Shown here piece by piece: positions 55,940 through 64,000 of a stretch of DNA of 64,000 nt. How positions within the stretch are numbered: position 1 is the first letter of the stretch; each line of letters opens with the position of its first letter. The translations under genes and the position numbers were made by a program. The notes beneath the pieces are model-generated. The model saw only the letters and a list, made by a program, of their open reading frames with translations. It was not told where the DNA came from and made no database searches. The stretch is from Ilumatobacteraceae bacterium (GTDB lineage Bacteria > Actinomycetota > Acidimicrobiia > Acidimicrobiales > Ilumatobacteraceae). The stretch is taken from NCBI GenBank assembly GCA_017859785.1, contig JAFMMJ010000001.1:9618-73617 (forward strand), read 5' to 3'.

Positions 55940-57091
55940 TCACGTTCCGCCCATGGCGGCGACGATGCGCTCGAGCATGAACGGGCTCGTCGCCATGTTG
56001 AGGCGCACGTGCCCCGAGCCCTCGCGACCGAACTGCGGGCCAGGACTCACCTCGACCCCGCGCTCCCGGAAGATGTCGCGCGGCGCCTCTCCCTCTCCGA
56101 GATGCGAGCAGTCGATCCAGGCCAGATACGTGGCCTCCGGAGGGGTGTAGCGCGCGCCCGGGAGATGGCGACCGAGGAGATCGACGAGGGAACGGCGATT
56201 CTCATCGAGCACCCCCATAACGGCCGACAGCCAGTCGCCGCCGTCGGTCCACGCGGCAACCGCCGCCTCGACCGCGATGAGGTTCGGTGCGCCGAAGAAG
56301 TGATCGGGAAACGAGCGCAGCCGTCGCTCGAGTTCGGCGTGCCCGACATGCATCACCGCCCACCGGAGGCCAGCGAGGTTGAACGCCTTCGAGGCCGAGG
56401 TGACCGTCACCGTGCGGCGGGCCGCCCACTCCGACACCGACGCGAAGGGCACGTGGGTCTCGGCATCCGATGGGTCGTCGTAGACCAGGTCCGAGTGGAT
56501 CTCGTCGGAGACCACGACGAGCTCCGCTGCCTCAGCGATCTCCGCGAGGCGCTCCAATTCACGACGGCGGAAACGATGACCGGTCGGATTGTGCGGATGG
56601 CACAGGATGAGCAGACGCGGCCGCTGCGCGGCGATGATCGACTCGACCTCGTCCAACCGGTCAGCGCCGACCGGCAACTCGACGATGCGTCGATCCATCT
56701 CTCGAAGTGAGTTGAGGAACGGGTGATAGGCGGGGGTGTGCAGCGCGATCGGATCACCGGGCTCGGTGAGGAGTTCGATAGCGATGCGGACCCCCTGCAA
56801 CACATCGGCAACGTCGTGGACCCGCTCGATGTCGGGCGACCATCCCCACCTCGAGTTCATCCTCTCAACGAAGAGCCGGCCGGCCGGCGACGGCGTCGGA
56901 CCCCAATTCGGATAGCCGAGAGCGCCTCGAGCGACGAGCGCGCTGAGTCTCTCGCTGATCGCTGGGGCGATCGGGAAGTCCATGTCGGCCACCCATGCCG
57001 CGAGGCGTCCCGGGTGCGCCTGCCACTTCACGCCAGGGGTCGATGCCAGCATCGCTGGATCGAGGGAACGGAGACCGAAGAGGTCGCTCAT
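55940..57091 (-). CDS. PatB/MalY-type PLP-dependent C-S lyase (class I/II aminotransferase fold)
   Basis: Trimmed to ATG 57091 (ATGA overlap with the upstream stop). MalY/PatB N-terminal block VKWQAHPGRLAAWVADMDFPIAP and PLP-lysine region SASKAFNLAG. Confidence 0.82.
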   Translation of the reverse strand: MSDLFGLRSLDPAMLASTPGVKWQAHPGRLAAWVADMDFPIAPAISERLSALVARGALGYPNWGPTPSPAGRLFVERMNSRWGWSPDIERVHDVADVLQGVRIAIELLTEPGDPIALHTPAYHPFLNSLREMDRRIVELPVGADRLDEVESIIAAQRPRLLILCHPHNPTGHRFRRRELERLAEIAEAAELVVVSDEIHSDLVYDDPSDAETHVPFASVSEWAARRTVTVTSASKAFNLAGLRWAVMHVGHAELERRLRSFPDHFFGAPNLIAVEAAVAAWTDGGDWLSAVMGVLDENRRSLVDLLGRHLPGARYTPPEATYLAWIDCSHLGEGEAPRDIFRERGVEVSPGPQFGREGSGHVRLNMATSPFMLERIVAAMGGT

Positions 57092-57795
57092 CCCGCTTCG
57101 TCCGTCAGCCCGAGATCCCGGAGGCGTCGCTGCATGAACACCGGGACCTCGAAACCGTCTCCTGCCTCGGCGCGGCGAGTGGCCGGACCGTCCTCGGCCC
57201 ACTCATGACAGGAGCCGATGTTCATTCTCCAGGTGTCGTCGACGGTTCCCTCGAACAGCCTCATCCGCAGCGACGGGCTTTCACCCTCGGGCAGCTCAGC
57301 GGAGAACATCGACCAGGTGCACTGCACCGCGACCGGACCCATCGCGAGGAGAAGGGCGGTCGTATGGGTGCATCCGCGCGGCCCGCCGAACAGTTCGCGG
57401 ACTCGACCGGAGTACCCGCGGGCGATCGATACGCCCTCAAGCGAGCGGTAGTGCTCGGTAATCGTCGGGCAGGTTCCGTGCGGATACGACTCGAAGGTCA
57501 CCTCGCAGCGCTCGATCACGAGGGAGGGGAAACTGACCTCCATCTCGACGATCATGTGATGCACGATGATCGGGTCGGGATCATGGGAGATGTAGAGGCC
57601 AGGGGGCTTCTGATCGCGCACCCCTCCCCTGATGAGGATTCGATCGGAGGAGAGTCGATACGCCCTCACGCGGTACTCGCGGTCGTGGATCGGCTCGAGA
57701 GTTCCATCCTCGGGGAGGATGTCGTCTCGATCCCAGGCGGTCGTCGGGGTCGATGCGCTCACCCCGTGATGTTCGCAGAGCCGCGGTCCCGGCAC
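57088..57795 (-). CDS. hypothetical protein, DUF2889-like
   Basis: 235 aa with a conserved-looking RGCTHTTALL motif. Translationally coupled to patB. The GTG start is uncertain. Confidence 0.5.
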   Translation of the reverse strand: MPGPRLCEHHGVSASTPTTAWDRDDILPEDGTLEPIHDREYRVRAYRLSSDRILIRGGVRDQKPPGLYISHDPDPIIVHHMIVEMEVSFPSLVIERCEVTFESYPHGTCPTITEHYRSLEGVSIARGYSGRVRELFGGPRGCTHTTALLLAMGPVAVQCTWSMFSAELPEGESPSLRMRLFEGTVDDTWRMNIGSCHEWAEDGPATRRAEAGDGFEVPVFMQRRLRDLGLTDEAG

Positions 57796-57820
57796 CGAGC
57801 CGCGTGGCTACGGTGACGGC

Positions 57821-58420
57821 GTGGACCCATCTGCGGATGGCGGGGCTCGATCCCGCGACGCGACGACCGCGGTCGTGGTCGCTGATCGTCGAGGACGTGC
57901 CGCGTCGATGGCGACCGCGGTGCTGGTCGAACGTCTCTCCGCTCGTCACCGCGTCGAGTTGATCGACCTGGCGGGCTTCGGTGTCGCGATGACGGCAGCG
58001 GAGCGCCGCGCTTACGAGTCCGACGAGCCGATCGTCGACGCCGGAGTTCGTTCCTCCGCCGAGGCCGTCACCCGGGCCGAGGTGGTTGCCTTTGTGACCC
58101 CTCTCCAGTCGAGCGGTCTGTCCGCGCCAGTGAAGGGGTGGATCGATCGGGTACTCGTCCCAGGGGTTGGATTCGTCATCGGTGACGACGGGCGCATGCG
58201 ACCCGGTCTCGGTCACATCCGGCAACTCATCACGGTGAGCGTCGATGACCGCAGTCGGCTCCGTCGACTCCGTGAGGGCGACAGCGCGCGCCGAGTGGTC
58301 GCGAGAGCGCTCCGACTCGTGTGCGGTTGGTCGACTCGATCCTCGTGGATCCGCATTCGGTCGGAGGCCTCGGCGGCTGAGATCAGCGACGCAATGGCAG
58401 GAGCGGCCCGCCGATGGTGA
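57821..58420 (+). CDS. flavodoxin-fold NAD(P)H dehydrogenase (quinone)-like protein, divergent copy
   Basis: The C-terminal half matches the Flavodoxin_2 pattern (VVAFVTPLQSSGLSAPVKGWIDRVLVPGVGF). The N-terminal (Y)xHP flavin-binding motif is replaced by VVVADRRGR. GTG start. Confidence 0.5.
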   Translation: MDPSADGGARSRDATTAVVVADRRGRAASMATAVLVERLSARHRVELIDLAGFGVAMTAAERRAYESDEPIVDAGVRSSAEAVTRAEVVAFVTPLQSSGLSAPVKGWIDRVLVPGVGFVIGDDGRMRPGLGHIRQLITVSVDDRSRLRRLREGDSARRVVARALRLVCGWSTRSSWIRIRSEASAAEISDAMAGAARRW

Positions 58421-58911
58421 CGCTCGTCTACTGCCATCCCGTCGAGGGCTCCCTCACCTCCGCTGTTCGCGATAGCGCGGTCGAGGCCCTCGGTGGCACG
58501 ACACCGCACATCGTCGACCTGTCTGATCCTGATCGCGACACGGCCGCGCTCGCGATGACCGACGCTGACGCCCTCGCGCGATCGAGCTCGCTGATCCTCG
58601 TCTACCCGACATGGTGGAGTGGACCTCCCGCCGCCCTTCAGAACTGGTTCGACGAGGTGTGGAGCCCGTCGGCTCGTTTCGACACGATCCAGCGAATCGT
58701 CGTGTGCACCTCACATGGCTCGTCCAAGTTCGTCAACTCCCTCGAAGGCGAGAGCGGGAAGCGAACCGTGTCCCGCTACCTCCGGCCGCGATGCGCTCGG
58801 CGCTGCCGAGTGGAATGGATCGCGCTCTACGGGCTCGACCGCTGCGGGCCGGACCGTCGGGCCCGACATCTCGAGCGGGTCGGGCGCAGGATCAGCGCCC
58901 TCGGGAGCTGA
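58414..58911 (+). CDS. flavodoxin-fold NAD(P)H dehydrogenase (quinone) family protein
   Basis: MVTLVYCHPVEGSLTSAV... and LILVYPTWWSGPPAALQNWFDEVW are typical Flavodoxin_2 blocks. It overlaps the preceding paralog by 7 nt. Confidence 0.65.
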   Translation: MVTLVYCHPVEGSLTSAVRDSAVEALGGTTPHIVDLSDPDRDTAALAMTDADALARSSSLILVYPTWWSGPPAALQNWFDEVWSPSARFDTIQRIVVCTSHGSSKFVNSLEGESGKRTVSRYLRPRCARRCRVEWIALYGLDRCGPDRRARHLERVGRRISALGS

Positions 58912-59800
58912 CCGCGACCGCGACCTCCGCGGCTACCGCCGCGTTGTTCTCCGCGAGAGCCAGGTTCGCGGGAACGCTGTCACCATCCGTGGCGGCGCTG
59001 ATGCGGGCGAGCACGAACGGAGTGACCGCAGCTCCTCGAACTCCCTCGGCCGCGGCGTCGGCGAGCGCGTCGGCGAGCGCCGAGTCGATCGTCGTCGGGT
59101 CGAGTTCATCGTCGGCCGGGATCGGAACGGTGAGCAACACCCCCCGCTCAGGGCGGGTCCGCGCCGCGAGCACCGCGGCGACCTCGTCGGCCGACTCGAC
59201 CCGGTGAGGCACCCGCAGGCCACTCGAGCGGGTGTAGAAGGCCGGCAGCTCATCGTGTCGCCATCCGAGCACCGGAACACCCGCCGTCTCGAGGTGCTCG
59301 AGGGTGCGGGCGAGGTCGAGGAAGGCCTTCGCACCGGCGCATACCGTCACCAGCGGGTGGGAGGCGATCGCGTCGAGATCTGCGCTGACGTCGCCGGTGT
59401 CGGCGACCTCGCGATGAACGCCGCCGATGCCGCCGGTCGCGAAAACCGAGATCCCAGCGGCCGATGCCAGCGCGAGGGCCGCCGAGACGGTGGTCGCACC
59501 GAACTCCCAGCCTTGGGCGATGGCCACCGGGATATCCCGCTCCGCTGACTTGCGCGCGGCTCCGAGGATTCGATCATGCTCGTCCTCGGAGACTCCGACC
59601 CTCGGCACACCGTCGAGGACGGCCGTCACCGCGGGAACCGCACCGTTCGCGACAACCGCCGCGAGGCACCGATCGAGTGCCTCTCGGTTCGCCGGTGATG
59701 GCAGGCCGAGATGAGAGAAGATCGTCGATTCGAGAGCGACGACCGGACGCCCCTCATGGAGCGCCTCAGCGACCTCGGGAGCGAGAACCGGTTCGATCAC
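58892..59800 (-). CDS. psuG: pseudouridine-5'-phosphate glycosidase
   Basis: IndA/PsuG blocks (VVALESTIFSHLGLP, GATTVSA, FATGGIGGVHR). Trimmed to GTG 59800, because the upstream codons overlap the preceding gene's 3' end. Confidence 0.88.
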   Translation of the reverse strand: MIEPVLAPEVAEALHEGRPVVALESTIFSHLGLPSPANREALDRCLAAVVANGAVPAVTAVLDGVPRVGVSEDEHDRILGAARKSAERDIPVAIAQGWEFGATTVSAALALASAAGISVFATGGIGGVHREVADTGDVSADLDAIASHPLVTVCAGAKAFLDLARTLEHLETAGVPVLGWRHDELPAFYTRSSGLRVPHRVESADEVAAVLAARTRPERGVLLTVPIPADDELDPTTIDSALADALADAAAEGVRGAAVTPFVLARISAATDGDSVPANLALAENNAAVAAEVAVAVSSRGR

Positions 59801-59819
59801 GGTGTCAGTGTGGCCGGGT

Positions 59820-61058
59820 TCACCTATCGCGCACGAATCTCGACACCACCTCGACGTGGTGGCTGCCCGGGAACAGGTCGAGGGCGATCGCCGACTCGAG
59901 CTGGAAGCCGGCCTCCGCCAGAAGCGCCGCGTCACGGGCCATCGACACCGGGTCGCACGAGACCAACCCGACAACGGCGGGCCGGAGTCGTTCGACGGCG
60001 GCGACCCCTGGTCGTCCGAGGCCAGAGCGCGCCGGATCGGCGATCACCACATCGGGCGTGGGGGCGTCGGGTGAGGCGCGCCACGCCCCCACCTCGGAGG
60101 TCACGACATCGATCTCAGTCGGCGGAGGATCCAGGCGCGGGAGGTTGACCAGAGCATCCGCGGTCGCCGACCGCGAGCTCTCCACCACCGTCAGGCGTCG
60201 CGCCGAGGAACCGAGCCCTCCGGCAAGAAGCCCGACGCCGCCGTAGAGGTCGACGAGGTGCTCGGCGTCGGTGCACTCGGGAACCATGCGCGCCAAGGTC
60301 CCAATCAGGAGGCCAGCCGCCTCAGGACCGCTTTGGAAGAACGAGCCGGCCGAAACTCGGAGCCTCAGGAGTCCGCTCGCTGAGTCGACCACCTCCTCGA
60401 TGGCGGCGTCGCGACCGGTGCGTGTCTCGGTGGGAAGCCCCAACACCTCGCCTACCCGACGGTCCCAGCGGGCGGTCGATCCACCATCGTGACCCGACAC
60501 GCGAAGGGTCGCCTCGAGCCCCGGGGTGAGACGCATCTCATCGAGCAGCTCGACGAGCCGAGGGTGGGCGACCTCGCATCCGGCGATCGGCACCGCAGTG
60601 TTCGAGGACTCCATCCGGAGCGAGGGTTTCCCCGCCTCGTCGCCGATCACCCTCATCGTCGTCCGGTAGCCGGTTCGCGAGACCGACCCGCCATCGACGA
60701 CGTCGAAGTCGATCCGCGCTGTACGGCGGAGGGCTTCGACAACCACGCCGACCTTGTGCGTCATCTGGGCCGCGTCAGCCACCTCAGCCCAGTCGCAGCC
60801 ACCACATCCAGCCCGCCGCGCCGCGCAGCTCGCGACGATGCGGTCGGGGCTTGCCGAGAGAACCGAGGAGAGCCGAGCGCGAGACCAGTCACGGCGAGCA
60901 TCGATCACCGAGGCCACAACGCGATCCCCGGGCACCGCTCCTCGCACGAAGACGATCCTGCCGTCCGCTGAGCGAGCGAGGCTCTCACCTCCAGCGACGA
61001 ATCTCTCCGGCTCGAGCTCGACCTCGTCGCCGACAGCCGGCGGGCCGTCCGGTGGCAT
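59820..61058 (-). CDS. TRAM-domain class I SAM-dependent RNA (uracil-5-)-methyltransferase (RumA/TrmA family)
   Basis: N-terminal TRAM domain, Cys cluster CAARRAGCGGCDW, SAM motif DLYGGVGLLAG and a C-terminal catalytic-Cys region (VGLVSCDP). Confidence 0.85.
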   Translation of the reverse strand: MPPDGPPAVGDEVELEPERFVAGGESLARSADGRIVFVRGAVPGDRVVASVIDARRDWSRARLSSVLSASPDRIVASCAARRAGCGGCDWAEVADAAQMTHKVGVVVEALRRTARIDFDVVDGGSVSRTGYRTTMRVIGDEAGKPSLRMESSNTAVPIAGCEVAHPRLVELLDEMRLTPGLEATLRVSGHDGGSTARWDRRVGEVLGLPTETRTGRDAAIEEVVDSASGLLRLRVSAGSFFQSGPEAAGLLIGTLARMVPECTDAEHLVDLYGGVGLLAGGLGSSARRLTVVESSRSATADALVNLPRLDPPPTEIDVVTSEVGAWRASPDAPTPDVVIADPARSGLGRPGVAAVERLRPAVVGLVSCDPVSMARDAALLAEAGFQLESAIALDLFPGSHHVEVVSRFVRDR

Positions 61059-61116
61059 TCACGGATGCTAGACCGCACCCCGATCGGCCGAGCACCCGAC
61101 TCGGCGACGGCGACCG

Positions 61117-61141
61117 GGAATCATCGGGCCGGAATCATCGG
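61117..61141. repeat. 11-bp direct repeat in the rumA-like / rpe divergent region
   Basis: GGAATCATCGG occurs at 61117-61127 and 61131-61141 (14-bp register), about 30 nt upstream of the rpe ATG. Confidence 0.8.
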
Positions 61142-61171
61142 CGCGAAGCAATGGGGGCCTAACCTCAGCCC

Positions 61172-61858
61172 ATGGCTCGCCCGATCCAGATCGCGCCCTC
61201 CGTACTGCCAGCCGACTTCGCTCGGCTCGGTGAGGAGGTGGCCGCCCTCGAGGAGGCCGGATGCGATCTCATCCAATGGGACGTGATGGACGGGAACTTC
61301 GTGCCGAACCTCACCTTCGGGCCCGATGTGATCGCCGCTGCTCGCCGCCACACCTCACTTCCGTTCGAAGCTCATCTCATGGTTGCCGATCCCGACCTCA
61401 TGGCGGGGCGATATGTCGAGGCGGGATGCTCGCGACTGATCGTGCACGTCGAAGCCTGCGCGCACCTGCACCGCACCCTTCAGAACATCGCGTCTCTCGG
61501 GGCGACCGCGGCAGTCGCGCTCAATCCATCGACCCCGGCAACGGAGATCGCGCACATCTTGGACCTCGTCGATCTCGTGCTCGTGATGACCGTCAATCCA
61601 GGCTTCGGCGGGCAGGCCTACATCGCCTCGATGGAGCCGAAGATCGCTCAGGTCCGCGCGATGATCGATGCCGCGGGTCTCGCCGACACCGTCGACCTTG
61701 AAGTCGACGGTGGCATCTCCTCATCGACGGTGAGCGGCGCCGCGGCTGCCGGAGCCAATCTCCTCATCGCGGGTAGCGCCCTTTACCGGCACCCGGACGG
61801 GCTCTCGGCCGCGGTCGCCGAACTGCGATCCCTCGCCTCGGCTGCCCGCCCGGTCTGA
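61172..61858 (+). CDS. rpe: ribulose-phosphate 3-epimerase
   Basis: IAPSVLPADFARLGEEV...DVMDGNFVPNLTFG and MTVNPGFGGQ are canonical Rpe blocks. Confidence 0.92.
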   Translation: MARPIQIAPSVLPADFARLGEEVAALEEAGCDLIQWDVMDGNFVPNLTFGPDVIAAARRHTSLPFEAHLMVADPDLMAGRYVEAGCSRLIVHVEACAHLHRTLQNIASLGATAAVALNPSTPATEIAHILDLVDLVLVMTVNPGFGGQAYIASMEPKIAQVRAMIDAAGLADTVDLEVDGGISSSTVSGAAAAGANLLIAGSALYRHPDGLSAAVAELRSLASAARPV

Positions 61859-61865
61859 GGCGAGA

Positions 61866-62528
61866 TCAACGGCGTCGTAGCGAGCGGAGGAAACCAGCCG
61901 CGCTGACCCGGAGCAGCGCGAGCAGGAAGATCACCGCGACGACGATCGCGAACGGCACGATCACGGTCGCGGCGAGACGCGTGCGGTCCTCAAGAAGGTT
62001 GTCAAGGAGGCCCGTCTCGACCTCCATCCCGATCGGGGTGAGGGTCAGGATCGGATCCTCGAAGTCGGGGCAGATGACGTCATCCTCGGACACACCGATG
62101 ATCTCATCGCCGGCGAAGTTGACCGGCTCGGGCGCGAGCTTCGAGACGAGGATCCCGATATCCGGATCGATCTCGGCGCCGACGAGGTAGCGCTCACCCG
62201 GGTCGAGGTATTGGGCGTCGTAACCAAAGCGAACATCCACCAGCCCTCCGCGGTCGAAGGAGCCAAGTTCACCTGAGCGGACCGTGACATCGGTGAAACG
62301 AACGGTGCGGTCATCGGTCGCGGCGACCTCACCGAGGAACACCACATCCGGGGCAGCAGGCGCGGCGCAGCCAAGGGGTACCGGCACGAGCGGGAGCGTT
62401 CCGGGTGTAGTCCCCGCCACCACGCCCCCGTCGTCGGCGGGGGGTTCGTCTTGGGCGAGCGCGACACTCGAGGCGAGGGAGGAGGCCACGAGCAGGGCGA
62501 TAGCGAGGCTGACGCGACGCGGACCCAC
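61866..62528 (-). CDS. hypothetical secreted protein with a C-terminal membrane anchor
   Basis: Signal peptide (LAIALLVASSLASSVALAQD), an acidic middle region and a C-terminal TM helix followed by RRR. No family recognised. Confidence 0.5.
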   Translation of the reverse strand: MGPRRVSLAIALLVASSLASSVALAQDEPPADDGGVVAGTTPGTLPLVPVPLGCAAPAAPDVVFLGEVAATDDRTVRFTDVTVRSGELGSFDRGGLVDVRFGYDAQYLDPGERYLVGAEIDPDIGILVSKLAPEPVNFAGDEIIGVSEDDVICPDFEDPILTLTPIGMEVETGLLDNLLEDRTRLAATVIVPFAIVVAVIFLLALLRVSAAGFLRSLRRR

Positions 62529-62564
62529 GCCCGAACAGTACCGAGGGACCGCCGCGGACGGCCG

Positions 62565-63350
62565 TCAGCGGCCCCGGAAGACGGGATCGCGCTTGTCGAT
62601 GAAGGCGCCCATCGCCTCGGCGACATCCTCGGTGGAGAACGTCACGGTCTGAGCGAGACCCTCGTCGTCGAGGGCCTGCTCGAGCGTGACGTCGAAGGAG
62701 TTGTTGAGGAGCCGCTTCGACATCGCGAGGGCGATCGGCGGTCCGGCGGCCAAGCGAGCGGCGATCGCGTCGACCGTGTCGTCGAGTTCCGCCTCGGGCA
62801 CCACGCGGTTCACCAACCCGATCCGATCAGCCTCGGCCGCGTCGATGATGTCGGCGAGCAACACGAGTTCTTTCGCGCGGTGCATGCCGACCAGCCGTGG
62901 CAGGAGCCAGGAGCCCCCGAAGTCGACGACGAGGCCGCGTCGAGCGAAGATCTCGGAGAACCGGGCGCCCTCAGCCGCGATCACCATGTCGCAGGCGAGC
63001 GCCATGTTGAGGCCGGCCCCGGCAGCCACCCCGCGCACCTTCGCCACGGTCGGCTGGGCCAGGCGCTGGAGCGACAGGCAGAGATCGCCGATGTGACGCA
63101 TCGAGTGGAGCATGTGGCGCGACCGCGTCTCCTCTCCCGACACGTCGGCACCCGAGCAGAAATCACCACCAGCCCCGGTGAGGATGACGGCCCGCACGTC
63201 ATCGGCGGAGTGCAGGGCCCGAACAACGTCGGACAACTCCTCCCACATCACCGAATTTGCGGCGTTCTTCCGACGCGGCCGGTTCATCGTGATCGTGACC
63301 ACACGATCGGCTTCGTCGACGATGAGCGTCTCGTAGGGCCCCCACGGCAT
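62565..63350 (-). CDS. enoyl-CoA hydratase/isomerase (crotonase family)
   Basis: Crotonase oxyanion-hole blocks (AVILTGAGGDFCSGADV, VRGVAAGAGLNMALACD). Confidence 0.88.
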   Translation of the reverse strand: MPWGPYETLIVDEADRVVTITMNRPRRKNAANSVMWEELSDVVRALHSADDVRAVILTGAGGDFCSGADVSGEETRSRHMLHSMRHIGDLCLSLQRLAQPTVAKVRGVAAGAGLNMALACDMVIAAEGARFSEIFARRGLVVDFGGSWLLPRLVGMHRAKELVLLADIIDAAEADRIGLVNRVVPEAELDDTVDAIAARLAAGPPIALAMSKRLLNNSFDVTLEQALDDEGLAQTVTFSTEDVAEAMGAFIDKRDPVFRGR

Positions 63351-63365
63351 CGCCTCACCATACTG

Positions 63366-63482
63366 ATGGGCATGGGATTCAATCCGTACCGGAGATTCCG
63401 CGCCCGGCCCTCCGACTATGTGCTGGTGGCGAGCGCGCTCGCAGTGGCGGCGGGGCTCGTCATGTGGGGCGTCTTCGGCTGA
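63366..63482 (+). CDS. possible 38-aa single-TM small protein
   Basis: MGMGFNPYRRFRARPSDYVLVASALAVAAGLVMWGVFG fills the gap between two minus-strand genes and has a basic N-terminus plus one TM helix. There is no clear RBS. It is the tail of a long shadow ORF. Confidence 0.3.
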   Translation: MGMGFNPYRRFRARPSDYVLVASALAVAAGLVMWGVFG

Positions 63483-63488
63483 ACGTGG

Positions 63489-63830
63489 TCAGAACGCGGC
63501 CTCGTACCGCTCGACGGCGACCCCGGTGATCGCTACGACGTCGAAACGGAACGAATCGACATCGGGACGTCGAACTTGGATCCATTCCTCGGCCGCTCGC
63601 CGCAGCCGTCGCTGCTTGTCGGGGCCGACGGCCGCTACCGGCCCTCCATGCGAGTGCCGGGCCCGGGTCTTCACCTCGCAGAACACGATCACGCCAGCTC
63701 GTCCGACGATCAGATCGATCTCACCGTGCCGGCACGCCCAGTTTCGCTCGACCACGCGGTAGCCGTCGCGGCGGTAGTGGAGAGCGGCGAGCCGCTCACC
63801 CCATGAGCCTCTGGCGGCTGTTGCCGACAT
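63489..63830 (-). CDS. YraN-family (UPF0102) endonuclease-like protein
   Basis: The GEIDLIV...VFCEVKTR motif is characteristic of YraN. It sits just downstream of rplS, as in many bacteria. Confidence 0.85.
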   Translation of the reverse strand: MSATAARGSWGERLAALHYRRDGYRVVERNWACRHGEIDLIVGRAGVIVFCEVKTRARHSHGGPVAAVGPDKQRRLRRAAEEWIQVRRPDVDSFRFDVVAITGVAVERYEAAF

Positions 63831-63896
63831 GCGTCCTCCTTCGGGCCCATTCGGGCCGTCGACGGGGACGCTCTCAGGCGTCGATACGCGAGGGGA

Positions 63897-64000
63897 TCAG
63901 AAGTCGCGCTTCTCGCGGATGCGAGCAGACTTACCGACCCGGTCACGCAGGTAGTAGAGCTTCGCGCGGCGGACGTCGCCACGCTTGACGACCTCGATCT
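63897..64000 (-). CDS. rplS: 50S ribosomal protein L19, C-terminal end (5' part lies outside the window)
   Basis: Not in the ORF track. Reverse translation gives ...[33 protein letters not shown], with the stop at 63897-63899. Confidence 0.85.
   Translation of the reverse strand, partial: IEVVKRGDVRRAKLYYLRDRVGKSARIREKRDF

Overview
A GC-rich actinobacterial chromosomal segment. Three things point to that lineage. It carries mycothiol-type genes (a PIG-L deacetylase and a mycothione-reductase-like flavoenzyme). It has TCGAAC-N4-GTTCGA SOS boxes plus IdeR- and NrdR-type operators. Its gene order recA ... miaB-miaA-dapF-hflX ... lexA / LysM-nrdR matches mycobacterial synteny.

The first ~35 kb is mostly housekeeping:
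- cytochrome P450, thymidine kinase, KorAB 2-oxoglutarate:ferredoxin oxidoreductase and GlpD
- an Fe(III) ABC transporter
- a TacA/TacT-like toxin-antitoxin pair
- B12-dependent ribonucleotide reductase NrdJ, with its repressor NrdR nearby
- LexA and RecA
- tRNA-His and tRNA-Lys

From ~35.5 to ~55.9 kb there is a coherent methylated-amine / C1 island. Its parts are:
- a GntR regulator
- a dimethylglycine-dehydrogenase-like enzyme with EtfBA
- a corrinoid-dependent methyltransferase operon. It encodes a non-pyrrolysine MttB-family methyltransferase, a corrinoid protein, a methyl-THF methyltransferase, a RamA-like reductive activase, DUF1638, a small unknown protein and MTHFR.
- an IclR regulator, FolD and formate-THF ligase
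- an NAD-type formate dehydrogenase. Its catalytic subunit has an in-frame TGA followed by an fdhF-like SECIS hairpin, and it is split into two genes in permuted order.

The final ~8 kb holds PatB, a DUF2889-like gene, two flavodoxin-fold paralogs, PsuG, a RumA-like methyltransferase, Rpe, a crotonase, YraN and the 3' end of rplS.

No rRNA genes, CRISPR arrays, IS elements or integrases were seen. Most long entries in the ORF track are shadow ORFs, as expected for GC-rich DNA.

The most interesting observations:
- the corrinoid/THF C1-oxidation island in an apparently aerobic actinobacterium
- the selenocysteine formate dehydrogenase, split and permuted
- a shared 17-bp palindromic operator at three island promoters
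- a helically phased array of DnaA-box-like motifs upstream of nrdJ
- a dense array of six SOS boxes in the lexA divergent promoter

All family assignments come from motifs read by eye. No database search was possible.
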